A stretch of 62,560 bases of DNA, filler included, from Basidiobolus meristosporus CBS 931.73 (GCA_002104905.1; 4 parts of 4 records of this genome joined end to end with filler, not necessarily neighbours in it); one strand, 5' to 3'. Positions 49,978 through 61,700 are shown, numbered from the whole stretch's first letter. Notes: generated by a model not told the origin, from the letters alone. Numbers and translations: made by a program.

Positions 49978-50644
49978 GGTACCACTAAGTCAGGGTTTCA
50001 ACGCTGCCAAGTACGCCCCCGTCCATTCTTCACGACCATTTGATTTTGAATCCGTAATTTGGGCGAGATCCACCACCAATGTGATTACATAATACCCTTT
50101 GAATCCCCAATTTTGTATGTGTCTCGTAATCAATAAATGGCGCGTTGGTGCACAACTACATTCTCCTTTGATGATTGCCACAAGTTGTAACGGCATACTG
50201 ATAGCTTAATAAGAGTATACTGTTCAGCATGCAATCAATCTTTCTCAATATTGGGACTTTAGTGGCAACCAGGACATTCATCAGCTTCACGAAGAAGTGA
50301 CCCACTGAATATGCAGTCAATAAGCTGGCATTTCTAGATTTGATAAATGTGTTTGGAGCAGTAAGTTAGATGAGCCCGATGAGAGATTCTCATGCGGAGT
50401 GGAAAACAGAGCATATATGCTGTTCGACGATCGAGAAGCCATTTCCGGTATTGTAAAACCAGTCTGACCATATTGAGGGAATAGTGTCAGCGCTGCTTCC
50501 TAGAATAACCTGGCTACAAAACCGGTTTGGATTTCCGGTAGAGGATTCCGAGAAGTGCGGCACGAAGTATATAAATGTCCCTTGCGCTGATCAGCATTCA
50601 GTAGAGGAAAGCTTTGATATTTGCGAGATCACTATCAAACAATC

Positions 50645-50854
50645 ATGAAATTCGCCAGCGTACTTGCTATTCTTGCCGCTGTTTCTGCGACAGTTGATTG
50701 CTACCCATTGATCCTGGAGACTAGCGATTCAGCAATGGACAAGAGAGATCTGCATGACTTCTGCGGAGGCTGGTTCTGTGGTCATGTCAAGCGTGAGGAA
50801 GCTCCGGAGACAACTGAAGCCAATATCTCCACCCCATCGATGTTAGTTGCCTGA
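50645..50854 (+). CDS. Peptide precursor, lineage A, core DLHDFCGGWFCGHV, 69 aa
   Basis: Signal-YP-pro-KR-core-KR-tail. Confidence 0.92.
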   Translation: MKFASVLAILAAVSATVDCYPLILETSDSAMDKRDLHDFCGGWFCGHVKREEAPETTEANISTPSMLVA

Positions 50855-51534
50855 TGAGAACAGGCAGCACTGATGACAAGCCGACATCCATATCCGAACT
50901 ATCCAATTTTGTTGCTCCTGATAAATACCACACACGACAAACTAAGCGTATCCATCCATCCATCCTCCACATGCGTTTTTGATAATCTGACAATTTCCAG
51001 AGAAATAAACATTGCTACCCTGCATTTCATATTTTCTCACGGCTATTAAACTAGCGGAGTGGAAGTCACTTGTATTCGGACCCATTCCCGTATATTCCAT
51101 GCTGAGATGAGCTGATTTCAACTCTACCAGGCACCTTTATTCCGTAATACAATGGCAATTTCGCGGTGAAAGGAATATTCACATATGGTTGCCGACCCAG
51201 CTTTCCTCTATTCCCCAGAAGACTTCCCCTACTCTTGAAAGGCTGACATCTGCGCAGTCAAACATTCTAGGAATCAGAACATGACTTGAGGATGATGACC
51301 ACCTTTGATGTAACACGCAATGTGATTTTAGTATATCACCATCCCATAGCTTTTCAACGATCAGTTGCATCTTGTGGCACCAATAGTTCTGAGAATCGGA
51401 AATCACCAGCCTGGGATTCCAAGAAGCCAGAATCAATGCACATAAATAGCTCACTAACGACACTGCCATTCATCAGCCTGCAACCTTTCTGTTGAGTATC
51501 AGATTCTACTTCAGCCAGCAATCGAACCTAAACC

Positions 51535-51765
51535 ATGAGACTCTTTGCTGTACTCACTACTTGTATCGTTGCCACAATGACAGCTAATGGCTACCCCGTA
51601 AATCAGGTGACTGATGGAGTAGCCATGGAAAAGAGAGATCTGCACGACTTTTGTGGAGGCTGGTTCTGCGGCCATGTGAAGCGTGATCACACAGTCCATG
51701 ACAGTCAGACTACTACATCTTCTCTGAGCTCACATCAGCCTAACACCTTCATGACAGCTCAATAA
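51535..51765 (+). CDS. Peptide precursor, lineage B, core DLHDFCGGWFCGHV, 76 aa
   Basis: Signal-YP-pro-KR-core-KR-tail. Confidence 0.92.
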   Translation: MRLFAVLTTCIVATMTANGYPVNQVTDGVAMEKRDLHDFCGGWFCGHVKRDHTVHDSQTTTSSLSSHQPNTFMTAQ

Positions 51766-52431
51766 GGTACCACCTAGTCAAGATGTTAATTCTCCCAAAT
51801 GTGTTTCTGCCCGTTCTTCAAGCCCATTTGATTTTGAATCCGTAATTTGGGCAAGATCCACCACCAATGTGATTACATAATACCCTTTGAATCCCCAATT
51901 TTGTATGCGTCTCGTAATCAATAAATGGCGCATTGGTGCACAACTACATTCTCCTTTGATGATTGCCGCAAACTGTATTGACACACTGATAAACTAATAG
52001 GAGTATACTGCTCAGTATGCAATCAACCTTTCTCAATATTGGGACTTTGGTGGCAACCAGAACGCTCATCAGCTTCACGAAGAAGTGACCCACTGAATAT
52101 GCAGTCAATAAGCTGGCATTTCTAGATTTGATAAATGTGTTTGGAGCAGTAAGTTAGACGAGCCCGATGAGAGATTCTCTTGCGGAGTGAAAAACAGAGC
52201 ATATGCTGTTAGACGATCCAGAAGCCATTTCCGGTATTGTAAAACCAGTCTGACCATATTGAGGGAATAGCGCCGGCGCTGCTTCGCAGAATAACCTGGC
52301 TACAAAAACCGGTTTAGATTTCCGGTAGAGGGCTCCGAGAAGTACAGCACGAAGTATATAAATGTCTCTTGTGCTGGTTAGCATTCAGTAGAGGACAGCT
52401 TTGATATTTGAGAGATCACTATCAAACAATC

Positions 52432-52611
52432 ATGAAATTCGCCAGCGTACTTGTAATTCTTGCCGCTGTTTCTGCGACAATTGACTGCTACCCATTGATC
52501 CTGGAGACTAGCGATTCAGCAGTGGACAAGAGGGATATGCATGACTTTTGTGGAGGCTGGTTCTGCGGTCATATTAAGCGGGAAAAGTCACCGATGCCAG
52601 CAGAACCTTAA
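52432..52611 (+). CDS. Peptide precursor, lineage A, core DMHDFCGGWFCGHI, 59 aa
   Basis: Paralog of 39460, offset 12972. Confidence 0.9.
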   Translation: MKFASVLVILAAVSATIDCYPLILETSDSAVDKRDMHDFCGGWFCGHIKREKSPMPAEP

Positions 52612-53329
52612 CTTCAACTTAAGGAATGTCAAACAGCTAATGTGCACAGACAGCACCAATGGTGATCTGATATCCAAACCTGAACTCTGCAATTTTGTTG
52701 CTCCTGATAAACACCATGTACGATCAGCCAAGCATACCCATCCACCTTCCGCATGGCATTTTGATTTCCTGATGACTTGTTATAAAATAAACAATTCAAC
52801 TCCACATCATAAATTTCCATATTGTTATGCAAGCAGCGGAATGAAGATTACTTGATTTCGTGCCCATACCGCTTTATTGCATGTTGTCGCAGTGCTTCAA
52901 ACAATCATCTTTTCCAGCAGATTCGAACTGTACGGATATCGTCAGTCATTCTGTTATGGAGAGTGATTTTGTTGCGAACTTGATATCCACATATGGCCAC
53001 CGACCTAGACTTCTAATATTCCCAAGAGTACTTCCCTCAGTCCGAAATTCTGATGTCTGTGCTACCAACAGTTCTGGGATTCAGAATATGAAATGATGAC
53101 AACTCACACCCTCGCTGTCATACACGAAGCAATTTCGGGATATCACTCCGCACCTCACTTCTCATCCGGTGTTTTTGTGTAAACAACAATTCTGGGAACC
53201 ATCACTCAAGGGTTCCAAGAAGCCAGATTTAATGTACATAAATAGCCTCATCAACGGCACTGCGGTTCCTCAAGCTGTAGCCTTTAGCTGGATAACAATT
53301 CCAACATCAATAGAAACCCGACAGTGATA

Positions 53330-53497
53330 ATGAGACTCGTTTCTGTGCTTGCTGTTTACATTGCTGCCACAATGACAGCGAATGGCTACCCCGTAAGTCT
53401 TGTGACTGATGGAGTAACGATGGAAAAGAGAGATCTGCATGACTTTTGTGGAGGTTGGTTCTGTGGACATGTGAAACGGGATGATGACCTCGGGTAA
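53330..53497 (+). CDS. Peptide precursor, lineage B, core DLHDFCGGWFCGHV, tail DDDLG, 55 aa; not in ORF track
   Basis: Hand translation MRLVSVLAVYIAATMTANGYPVSLVTDGVTMEKRDLHDFCGGWFCGHVKRDDDLG*. Confidence 0.9.
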   Translation: MRLVSVLAVYIAATMTANGYPVSLVTDGVTMEKRDLHDFCGGWFCGHVKRDDDLG

Positions 53498-54229
53498 AAT
53501 GCAGACAAAATCTCGGTCTTGCATATGCCCAATATCTAAAGTGATCAGACCGCGCCTATGAGTACAATCTCAAGACCCAGAACTCGAAGGAAATCTACCG
53601 CCGGAATACACCAATTTTGCAGTATTTTATAATCACCATGGCCGATTAGCTAAACGTATCCTCCCACCTCTGCATGCAGTTTTATTTGGTGACGAGCTCC
53701 TATAAAATAAACAATACAACTCCATAATCCACTATCCGTATTGCTTTAACCTTTAGCAAAGCAACTACTCATACTCAAGCTCGTCGCATTTTCACCAAGT
53801 TTGCTTGACCCAAAGATGGTAAAGATCCTCCCTACAGGATTTGGACTATACAAATATCATCAATCATTCCATATCCGATATAACTTCTGTTGTGGGGATC
53901 CTGTTTACTAACACTCTAATATTCCCAAGAGTGCTTCCCTTGCTTATGAAATACTGAGGTCTGCCCAGACAGACATTCTAGGAATAAGGATGTAACATGA
54001 TGATGATTCACACGGTCAATTTAGTTTCAGTATAGTATTTTTGTGCTTGATTTTCATCCAGTACATGTTGTGCAACCAAAAATTCTGGGAACAAGGAATC
54101 ACTACCACAGGATTCCAAGAAGCCTAAATCAGCGTACATATATAGCTTACTAATAGCGATGCCATTCCACAGTCTACAACCTCTCTTCGAATATCATATT
54201 CTTCCCCTGCCAATTATTGAGCCAAAACC

Positions 54230-54460
54230 ATGAGACTCGTTACTATACTTACTATTTGTATTGTATCTGCAATAACAGCTAACGGCTACCCCATGACTTC
54301 GCTGACTGATGAAGTGGCCATCGACAAGAGAGATCTGCACGACTTTTGCGGAGGTTGGTTCTGCGGTCATGTAAAGCGTGAGCGCAGCATCCTTGATAGC
54401 CAGGCTACTACCACTCCTCTGGGCTTATATCAGCCCGATATCCTCACGATAGCTCAATAA
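54230..54460 (+). CDS. Peptide precursor, lineage B, core DLHDFCGGWFCGHV, 76 aa
   Basis: Signal-YP-pro-KR-core-KR-tail. Confidence 0.92.
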   Translation: MRLVTILTICIVSAITANGYPMTSLTDEVAIDKRDLHDFCGGWFCGHVKRERSILDSQATTTPLGLYQPDILTIAQ

Positions 54461-55124
54461 GAGGCCACTAAGACAATACGACACTTCTACCGAATACTTC
54501 CCTGCCTGTTCTTCACGTCCATTTGATTTTGAATCCGTATTTGGGCAAGATCCACCACCCATGTGATTACATAATACCCTTTGAATCCCCAATTTTGTAT
54601 ACATCTTGTAATCAATAAATGGCGCGTTGGTGCACAACTACATTCTCCATTGATGATTGCCGCAAACTGTATTGACACACTGATAAACTAATAGGAGTAT
54701 ACTGCTCAGTATGCAATCAACCTTTCTCAATATTGGGACTTTAGTGGCAACCAGGACATTCATCAGCTTCACGAAGAAGTGACCCACTGAATATGCAGTC
54801 AATAAGCTGGCATTTCTAGATTTGATAAATGTGTTTGGAGCAGGAAGTTAGATGAGCCGATGAGAGATTCTCATGCGGAGTGGAAAACAGAGCTTATGAT
54901 GTTCGACGATCCAGAAGCCATTTCCGGTATTGTAAAACCAGTCTGACCATATTGAGGGGATAGCGTCGGCGCTGCTTCGCAGAATAACCTGGCTACAAAA
55001 ACCGGTTTAGATTTCCGGTAGAGGATTCTGAGAAGTGCGGCACGAAGTATATCAATGTCTCTTGCGCTGATTAGCATTCAGTAAAATACAGCTTTGATAT
55101 TTGAGAGATCACTACCAAACAATC

Positions 55125-55334
55125 ATGAAATTCGCCAGCGTACTTGCTATTCTTGCCGCTGTTTCTGCGAGAGTTGATTGCTACCCATTGATACTGGAGA
55201 CTAGCGATTCAGCAATGGACAAGAGAGATCTGCATGACTTCTGCGGAGGCTGGTTCTGTGGTCATGTCAAGCGTGAGGAAGCTCTGGAGACAAGTGAAGC
55301 CAATATCTCCACTCCATTGATGTTAGTTGCCTGA
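55125..55334 (+). CDS. Peptide precursor, lineage A, core DLHDFCGGWFCGHV, 69 aa
   Basis: Signal-YP-pro-KR-core-KR-tail. Confidence 0.92.
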   Translation: MKFASVLAILAAVSARVDCYPLILETSDSAMDKRDLHDFCGGWFCGHVKREEALETSEANISTPLMLVA

Positions 55335-56010
55335 TGAGAACAGGCAGCACTGATGACAAGCCGACATCCATATCCGAACTATCCAATTTTGTTGCTCCTG
55401 ATAAATACCACACACGACAAACTAAGCGTATCCATCCATCCATCCTCCACATGCGTTTTTGATAATCTGACAATTTCCAGAGAAATAAACATTGCTACCC
55501 TGCATTTCATATTTTCTCACGGCTATTAAACTAGCGGAGTGGAAGTCACTGGTATTCGGACCCATTCCCATATATTCCATATTGGAATGAGCTGATTTCA
55601 ACTCTACCAGGCACCTTTATTCAGTAATACAATGGCAATTTCGCGCTGAAAGGAATATTCACATATGGTTGCCGACCCAGCTTTTCTCCATTCCCCAGAA
55701 GGCTTCCCCTACTCATGAAAGGCTGCCATCTGCGCAGCCAAACATTCTAGGAATCAGGACATGACTTGAGGATGATGACCATCTTTGATGTAACACGCAA
55801 GGTAATTTTAGTATATCATCATCCTATAGCTTTTCAACGATCAGTTGCATTTTGTGGCACCAATAGTTCTGAGAATCGGAAATCGCCAGCCTGAGATTCC
55901 AAGAAGCCAGAATCAATGCACATAAATAGCTCACTAACGACACTGCCATTCATCAGCCTGCAGCCTTTCTGTTAAGTAACAAATTCTACTTGAGCATTTG
56001 AACCTAAGCC

Positions 56011-56241
56011 ATGAGACTCATTGCTGTACTCACTACTTGTATCGTTGCCACAATGACAGCTAATGGCTACCCCGTAATTCAGGTGACTGATGGAGTAGTC
56101 ATGGAAAAGAGAGATCTGCACGACTTTTGTGGAGGCTGGTTCTGTGGCCATGTGAAGCGTGATCACACAGTCCATGACAGTCAGACTACTACATCTTCTC
56201 TGAGCTCACAGCAGCCTAAAACCTTCATGACCGCTCTATAA
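56011..56241 (+). CDS. Peptide precursor, lineage B, core DLHDFCGGWFCGHV, 76 aa
   Basis: Signal-YP-pro-KR-core-KR-tail. Confidence 0.92.
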   Translation: MRLIAVLTTCIVATMTANGYPVIQVTDGVVMEKRDLHDFCGGWFCGHVKRDHTVHDSQTTTSSLSSQQPKTFMTAL

Positions 56242-56907
56242 GGTACCACCAAGTCAAGATATTAATTCTCCCAAATGTGTCTCCGCCCGTTCTTCAAGCC
56301 CATTTGATTTTGAATCCGTAATTTGGGCAAGATCCACCACCAATGTGATTACATAATACCCTTTGAATCCCCAATTTTGTATGCGTCTCGTAATCAATAA
56401 ATGGCGCATTGGTGCACAACTACATTTTCCTTTGATGATTGCCGCAAACTGTATTGACACACTGATAAACTAATAAGAGCATACTGTTTAGTATGCAATC
56501 AACCTTTCTCAATATTGGGACTTTAGTGGCAACCAGGACATTCATCAGCTTCACGAAGAAGTGGCCCATTGAATATGCAGTCAATAAGCTGGCATTTCTA
56601 GATTTGATAAATGTGTTTGGAGCAGGAAGTTAGATGAGCCGATGAGAGATTCTCATGCGGAGTGGAAAACAGAGCTTATGCTGTTCGACGATCCAGAAGC
56701 CAATTCCGGTATTGTAAAACCAGTCTGACCATATAGAGGGGATAGCGTCGGCGCTGCTTCCTAGAATAACCTGGCTACAAGAACCGGCTTAGATTTCCGG
56801 TAGAGGGCTCCGAGAAGTACAGCACGAAGTATATAAATGTCTCTTGCGCTGGTTAGCATTCAGTAGAGGGCAGCTTTGATATCTTGAGATATTTCTACAG
56901 AACAATC

Positions 56908-57117
56908 ATGAAATTCGCCAGCGTACTTGTAATTCTTGCCGCTGCTTCAGCAACAATTGACTGCTACCCATTGATCCTGGAGACTAGCGATTCAGCAATG
57001 GACAAGAGAGATCTGCATGACTTCTGTGGAGGCTGGTTCTGTGGTCATGTCAAGCGGGAGGAAGTTCTGGAGACAAGTGAAGTCGAAATACCCACCTCAC
57101 CTATGCCAAATCTCTAA
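56908..57117 (+). CDS. Peptide precursor, lineage A, core DLHDFCGGWFCGHV, 69 aa
   Basis: Same protein as 42559 and 49311. Confidence 0.92.
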   Translation: MKFASVLVILAAASATIDCYPLILETSDSAMDKRDLHDFCGGWFCGHVKREEVLETSEVEIPTSPMPNL

Positions 57118-57517
57118 TGTGCACGGGCAGTATTAATAATGATACGATATTTCAACCCGAACTCACCAATTTTGTTGCTTCTGATAAACACTATGCATGA
57201 TAAGCTAAGCGTAGCTTTCCATCCCCCGCATGGAATTTTGATTTTCTGATGGCTTTCTATGAAATAAACAATATAATCCCACGTTCCCAAGTTTCATATT
57301 GCTATTCAACCAGCAGAGTAAAGACCGCTCATATGTAATCCTATGCAATTTAGTTTCATGTTGACGAGGTGTCGCTAGTGAAGCTCCAACCAATCAGAAT
57401 TGAACTCAAAGTATATCTTCCTGATATGAATAGTAATTTTGCTGTGAACTTGATATCGACATATGGTCACCGACCAAGATTCCAAATATTCCCAAGAGTA
57501 CTTCCCTCACTTGTGAA

Positions 57518-57574
57518 GCTACCAACCCTCCTCTGAGCTCACATCAGCCCGACACCCCCGCAATAGCTCAACAA
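57518..57574 (+). pseudogene. Tail-only relic of a lineage B gene
   Basis: Matches 43169-43225. Confidence 0.75.
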
Positions 57575-57873
57575 GGTACCACTAAGTCAGGGTTTCAACG
57601 CTGCCAAGTACGCCCCCGTCCATTCTTCACGACCATTTGATTTTGAATCCGTAATTTGAGCGAGATCCACCACCAATGTGATTACATAATACCCTTTGAA
57701 TCCCCAATTTTGTATGCGTCTCGTAATCAATAAATGGCGCATTGGTGCACAACTACATTCTCCATTGATGATTGCCACAAGTTGTAACGGCATACTGGTA
57801 GCTTAATAAGAGTATACTGTTCAGTATGCAATCAATCTTTCTCAATATTGGGACTTTAGTGGCAACCAGGACA

Positions 57874-57973
57874 NNNNNNNNNNNNNNNNNNNNNNNNNNN
57901 NNNNNNNNNNNNNNNNNTTAATTAATTAANNNNNNNNNNNNNNNNNNNNNNNNNNNNNNNNNNNNNNNNNNNN
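57874..57973. other. Assembly spacer 44N-TTAATTAATTAA-44N
   Basis: Artificial linker. Confidence 0.98.
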
Positions 57974-58772
57974 AGTATATTACATGGTTTTCACTTAATA
58001 ATTTATTGAATATAAAAGTGGTATTTATACTTTTACCTGGACTTGGCATTACAAACATGTAGAATAGGTTAAGGAAGGTCCCAAGAACATGTGTGCAACG
58101 TTTGGGGCTGTTTGGACAACTTTGAGAATTTTATATGTTCTGGGTAAATATTCTAAGTAAATCCCAACAAGCAATTTGGTCAGTATTCTCTAGGATTTGA
58201 AGGTAATGCTCTAAGTGACTAAGTTAGGTGAATATTCAGGTGGAATTACCAATTTTTACAACACTCCCACTCAGCTAAATGCTCATACTGACTAGTCCTA
58301 ATTTTGACCTAAGATATTCAAACTTGTCTCTAGCTAATGGTTTGGTAAATATGTCTGCAATCATTTCATCTGTAGGACAGTAAACTAAGCAAACTAAGTA
58401 ATGCTCTATAGCTTCACATATGAAATGATGTCTAATATCTATGTGCTTGGTTCTAGCATGAGAAGTTGGATTTCTACCTAATTGTATACATCCCTGATTA
58501 TCTTGAAATAAAGTAATAGGCGTTTTTTTGACATAGGCCTAAATCTGTAAAAAGCTTTCTTAACAACATTGCTTCTTTTGTAGCTTCACAGGCTGCCATA
58601 TACTCTGCCACTGGGGTAGAAAGTGCTACGGTTGGTTGCTTTCTTGAATTCCATGAAATTGCTGCTTTACAGTAAAGAATGGTGTATCCTGTGGTGGATC
58701 TTCTGTCTTCTAAATTTTGTCCCCAATCAGCATCAGAGTATCCCATAAAATGCTGTTCTGAATCCTTATAAG
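57974..58772 (-). mobile_element. 3' end of a copia element: RNase H, PPT and 3' LTR (57974-58263, cut by gap)
   Basis: GYSDADWGQNLEDRRSTTGY..SRKQPTVALST..AEY; purine tract GAGTGGGAG abutting TGTTG on the minus strand. Confidence 0.92.
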
Positions 58773-61700
58773 TGTTGTAAATATTTGTAATTCCACCTAA
58801 ATATTCACCTAACTTAGTCACTTAGATCATCACCTTCAAATCCTAGAGAATACTGACCAAATTCCTTGTTGGGATTTACTTAGAATATTTACCCAGAACA
58901 TGAAAATTCTCAAAGTTGTCCAAACAGCCCAAAATATTGCACACATGTTCTTGGGACCTTCCTTAACCTATTCCGTGTGTTTGTAATGCCAAGATCAGGT
59001 AAAAGTATAAATACTACTTTTACATTCAGTAAATCATTAAGTGAAAAACCACATAATCTACTTGTCCTCCCAAATCACTTCCAATATGTCCAAGACTCTT
59101 ACAACAGGTTATGAGCCCCAAGCTGTCACTCTCTGCAATGTCTACTACTGCTATTACTGGAATTTTTCCCTCTGCTGAAAAGTTGGATGGATCTAACTAC
59201 CAAGTGTGGAAGGTGAAGATGAAGATGCTGCTACAAGAAAGAGGCCTTTGGGATGTTGTCATGGGAGAAGAATGCCCTCCTAAGAATGTGGGAGAGGAAG
59301 CCTTAAAGTACCAGAAGAAAGAACAAAGTGCCTTTAACTGCATTTGCCTTAATGTCAAGGACAAACTGCTAATTCAATGCTCAAGAGCAAAAACAGCAAA
59401 GAATGCCTGGAAAGCATTAGAGGACACCTACCAGTCATGTTCAGCTGCTAAGAAGATGTATCTGAGACGAAAACTCTTTACTACAAAGATGTTGCCAGGA
59501 GAAGAAATGAAAAATCTAATTAACAGAATTACCCTGCTGGTAGATGAAATGGAATCTGTGGGCGTACCAACTACTGATGAGGATGTGATAGTTACCATCC
59601 TGAATAGCCTGACAGACAAGTTTTGGGGCCTTGTATCAGCCCTAGAGTCCAGAACTGAAGATTTGACCTTAAATTACGTATATGGAAGGCTCCTGGATGA
59701 AGAATTAAGAAAATCAAGCGCCAATAAGAAGGAAGAAGAAAATGCTTTAATAAGCAATGATAACCAACAAAGGAGGTACCCAAGACCCTACAAAGGCAAC
59801 AGCAACCTGTTTTGTAACTACTGCAAAAGGAAAGGACTCACATCAGACCGATGTCTCAAAAAGAAAGATTATCAGCAAAAGAAGCCTGAATATGGAAATG
59901 CTGCAACAACTGAAGATAGACTATTCATATCTGCACTAAATATGACCACTAACAAGGATTCTCAGACGTGGTATATTGACTCTGGAGCATCTCAACACTT
60001 TACACACCAAAAAGCACTTTTTACCCAATATCAAGAAATTCCAATCAAGAAGGTTTTCATGGGTGACAATAGAACACTTGATGCAGTGGGAGAAGGAACT
60101 ATCCAAGTAAACCTTAGAAGCAGTGAAGGAAGCCATACACTGACCTTTAAAGGAGTACTCTATGTACCAGAAATAGCCAAGAACCTACTCTCTGTAAGCA
60201 AGGCCACAGCAGAAGAACTCAGTTTCAGTTTTGACAATTCTGGATGCAGGATCACTGATCAAAATGGTGCCCATATTGCTTTGGGCATCAGAGATCAAAA
60301 TCTATACAAGTTGACTTATATTCCATCATATCTGGAAGCCAATATAAGTAACTTGAATGAAGAAACACCAATGCTTTGGCACAGGAGATTTGGGCACATC
60401 AATTTTAATTATTTGCGTAAAATGATCAAAGATCAGCTAATTTCTGGAGTGAAAATTGATCCCCCAGCTAATTTCTGGAGTGAAAATTGATCCCCCAGCT
60501 AATTTGGAGCACTGTGAAGCCTGCATATATGGGAAACAAGCCAGACAACCATTAAAGAGCTCTGGGTTAATCAAAACTAAGAAAAAATTAGATCTAATTC
60601 ACTCAGATCTGTGTGGACCTATGCAAAATTTATCCTTAGGCAGGATGAAGTATTTAATCACTTTTATTGATGATTATACAAGATGCACATGGGTCTACTT
60701 CATGGAGAGAAAGGAAGAAGCTCTGTCTAAGTTCAGGGAGTTTAAAGCCATGGTGGAGAGAGAAACTGGTGAAAAAATCAAGAAAATATGCTCTGACAAT
60801 GGTGGAGAATATACCTCAAAACTCTTCATCCACTTCTGCAAAATTCATGGGATAAAGCAAGAGACTACTGTACCATACTCCCCACAGCAAAATGGAGTAG
60901 CAGAACAAGCTAACAGATCAACAATTGATATGGCAAGATCTATGATCCATGATCAAAAATTATCCTACGATTTTTGGGCGGAATCAGTTGCCACTGCTGT
61001 ATACCTTAAAGATAGGAGTTATAACAGAATACTCTGTGATTCTACTCCATTTGAAGCATGGTATGGATACAGACCAAGTGCAGAACATCAAAGAATATTT
61101 GGGTGCACAGCATATGCCAAAAAACTGCCGGAAATCAGTCAAAATTTGAGCCAAAAAGTGTAAAATGCATATTTTTGGGCTACTGCAATGAGAGTAAGGC
61201 ATACAGACTCTACAATACCAAAGCAAAAAAGCTTATCAAGTCCAGGGATGTGTTGTTTGATGAAAATTTAAAATTTTCACAAAAAATGACATCAGATGAT
61301 GACAAAAATTTGATCTCAAGTCCACCAATTGTCAGGATTGAATCAGAGCAAAACAATGAAAATTTTTTCACTCCAGAGGACTCTACAACCATGGTTCAGC
61401 CAGAATCAGTGCCCAGGAATATCCCAGAAGTGATCATTCCAGTATCAAATGCCCGGAGATCCAATCGGACAAGAAATAGCCCAAATTACTATATCAATGA
61501 GGGTGCAAACATAGCCTATGCCTATTCAGTCCATATTGATGAACCCCAGACTGTAAAAGAGGCCCTAAATAGCCCACAGACAAAGTTTTGGAGATTGGCA
61601 ATGACTGAGGAATATCAGGCCCTGATGAAAATCAAACTTGGGACTTAGTCAAATTAACAATCAACCAAAAATCAATTGGATGCAGATGGGTCTTCAAGAC

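Larger units (their letters stand above)
38992..57873 (+). repeat. Tandem array (about 0.9-kb unit) of secreted single-core KR-flanked peptide precursor genes, filling the whole contig
   Basis: ATG-to-ATG spacings 886-916 nt, plus 1302 and 1334 nt where a unit is partly deleted; all copies on + strand. Confidence 0.97.

Noticed and set aside
41452-57793. Recurring minus-strand ORFs in the array spacers (MPLQLVAII..., MCTNAPFIDY..., MLTSTRDIY..., MSDYQKR...)
   Set aside because: The one start I checked is TTG rather than ATG, and frames and lengths shift between otherwise similar units; they recur only because the spacer DNA is repeated
38992-57873. CRISPR-like or satellite interpretation of the repeats
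   Set aside because: Eukaryotic context; units are about 0.9 kb and each contains a promoter, an ORF and an AATAAA-like signal
896-57873. A single biosynthetic cluster joining the TF, carrier and peptide array
   Set aside because: Separated by over 25 kb of TEs and two scaffold gaps; VPS16 and LEU5 are housekeeping genes
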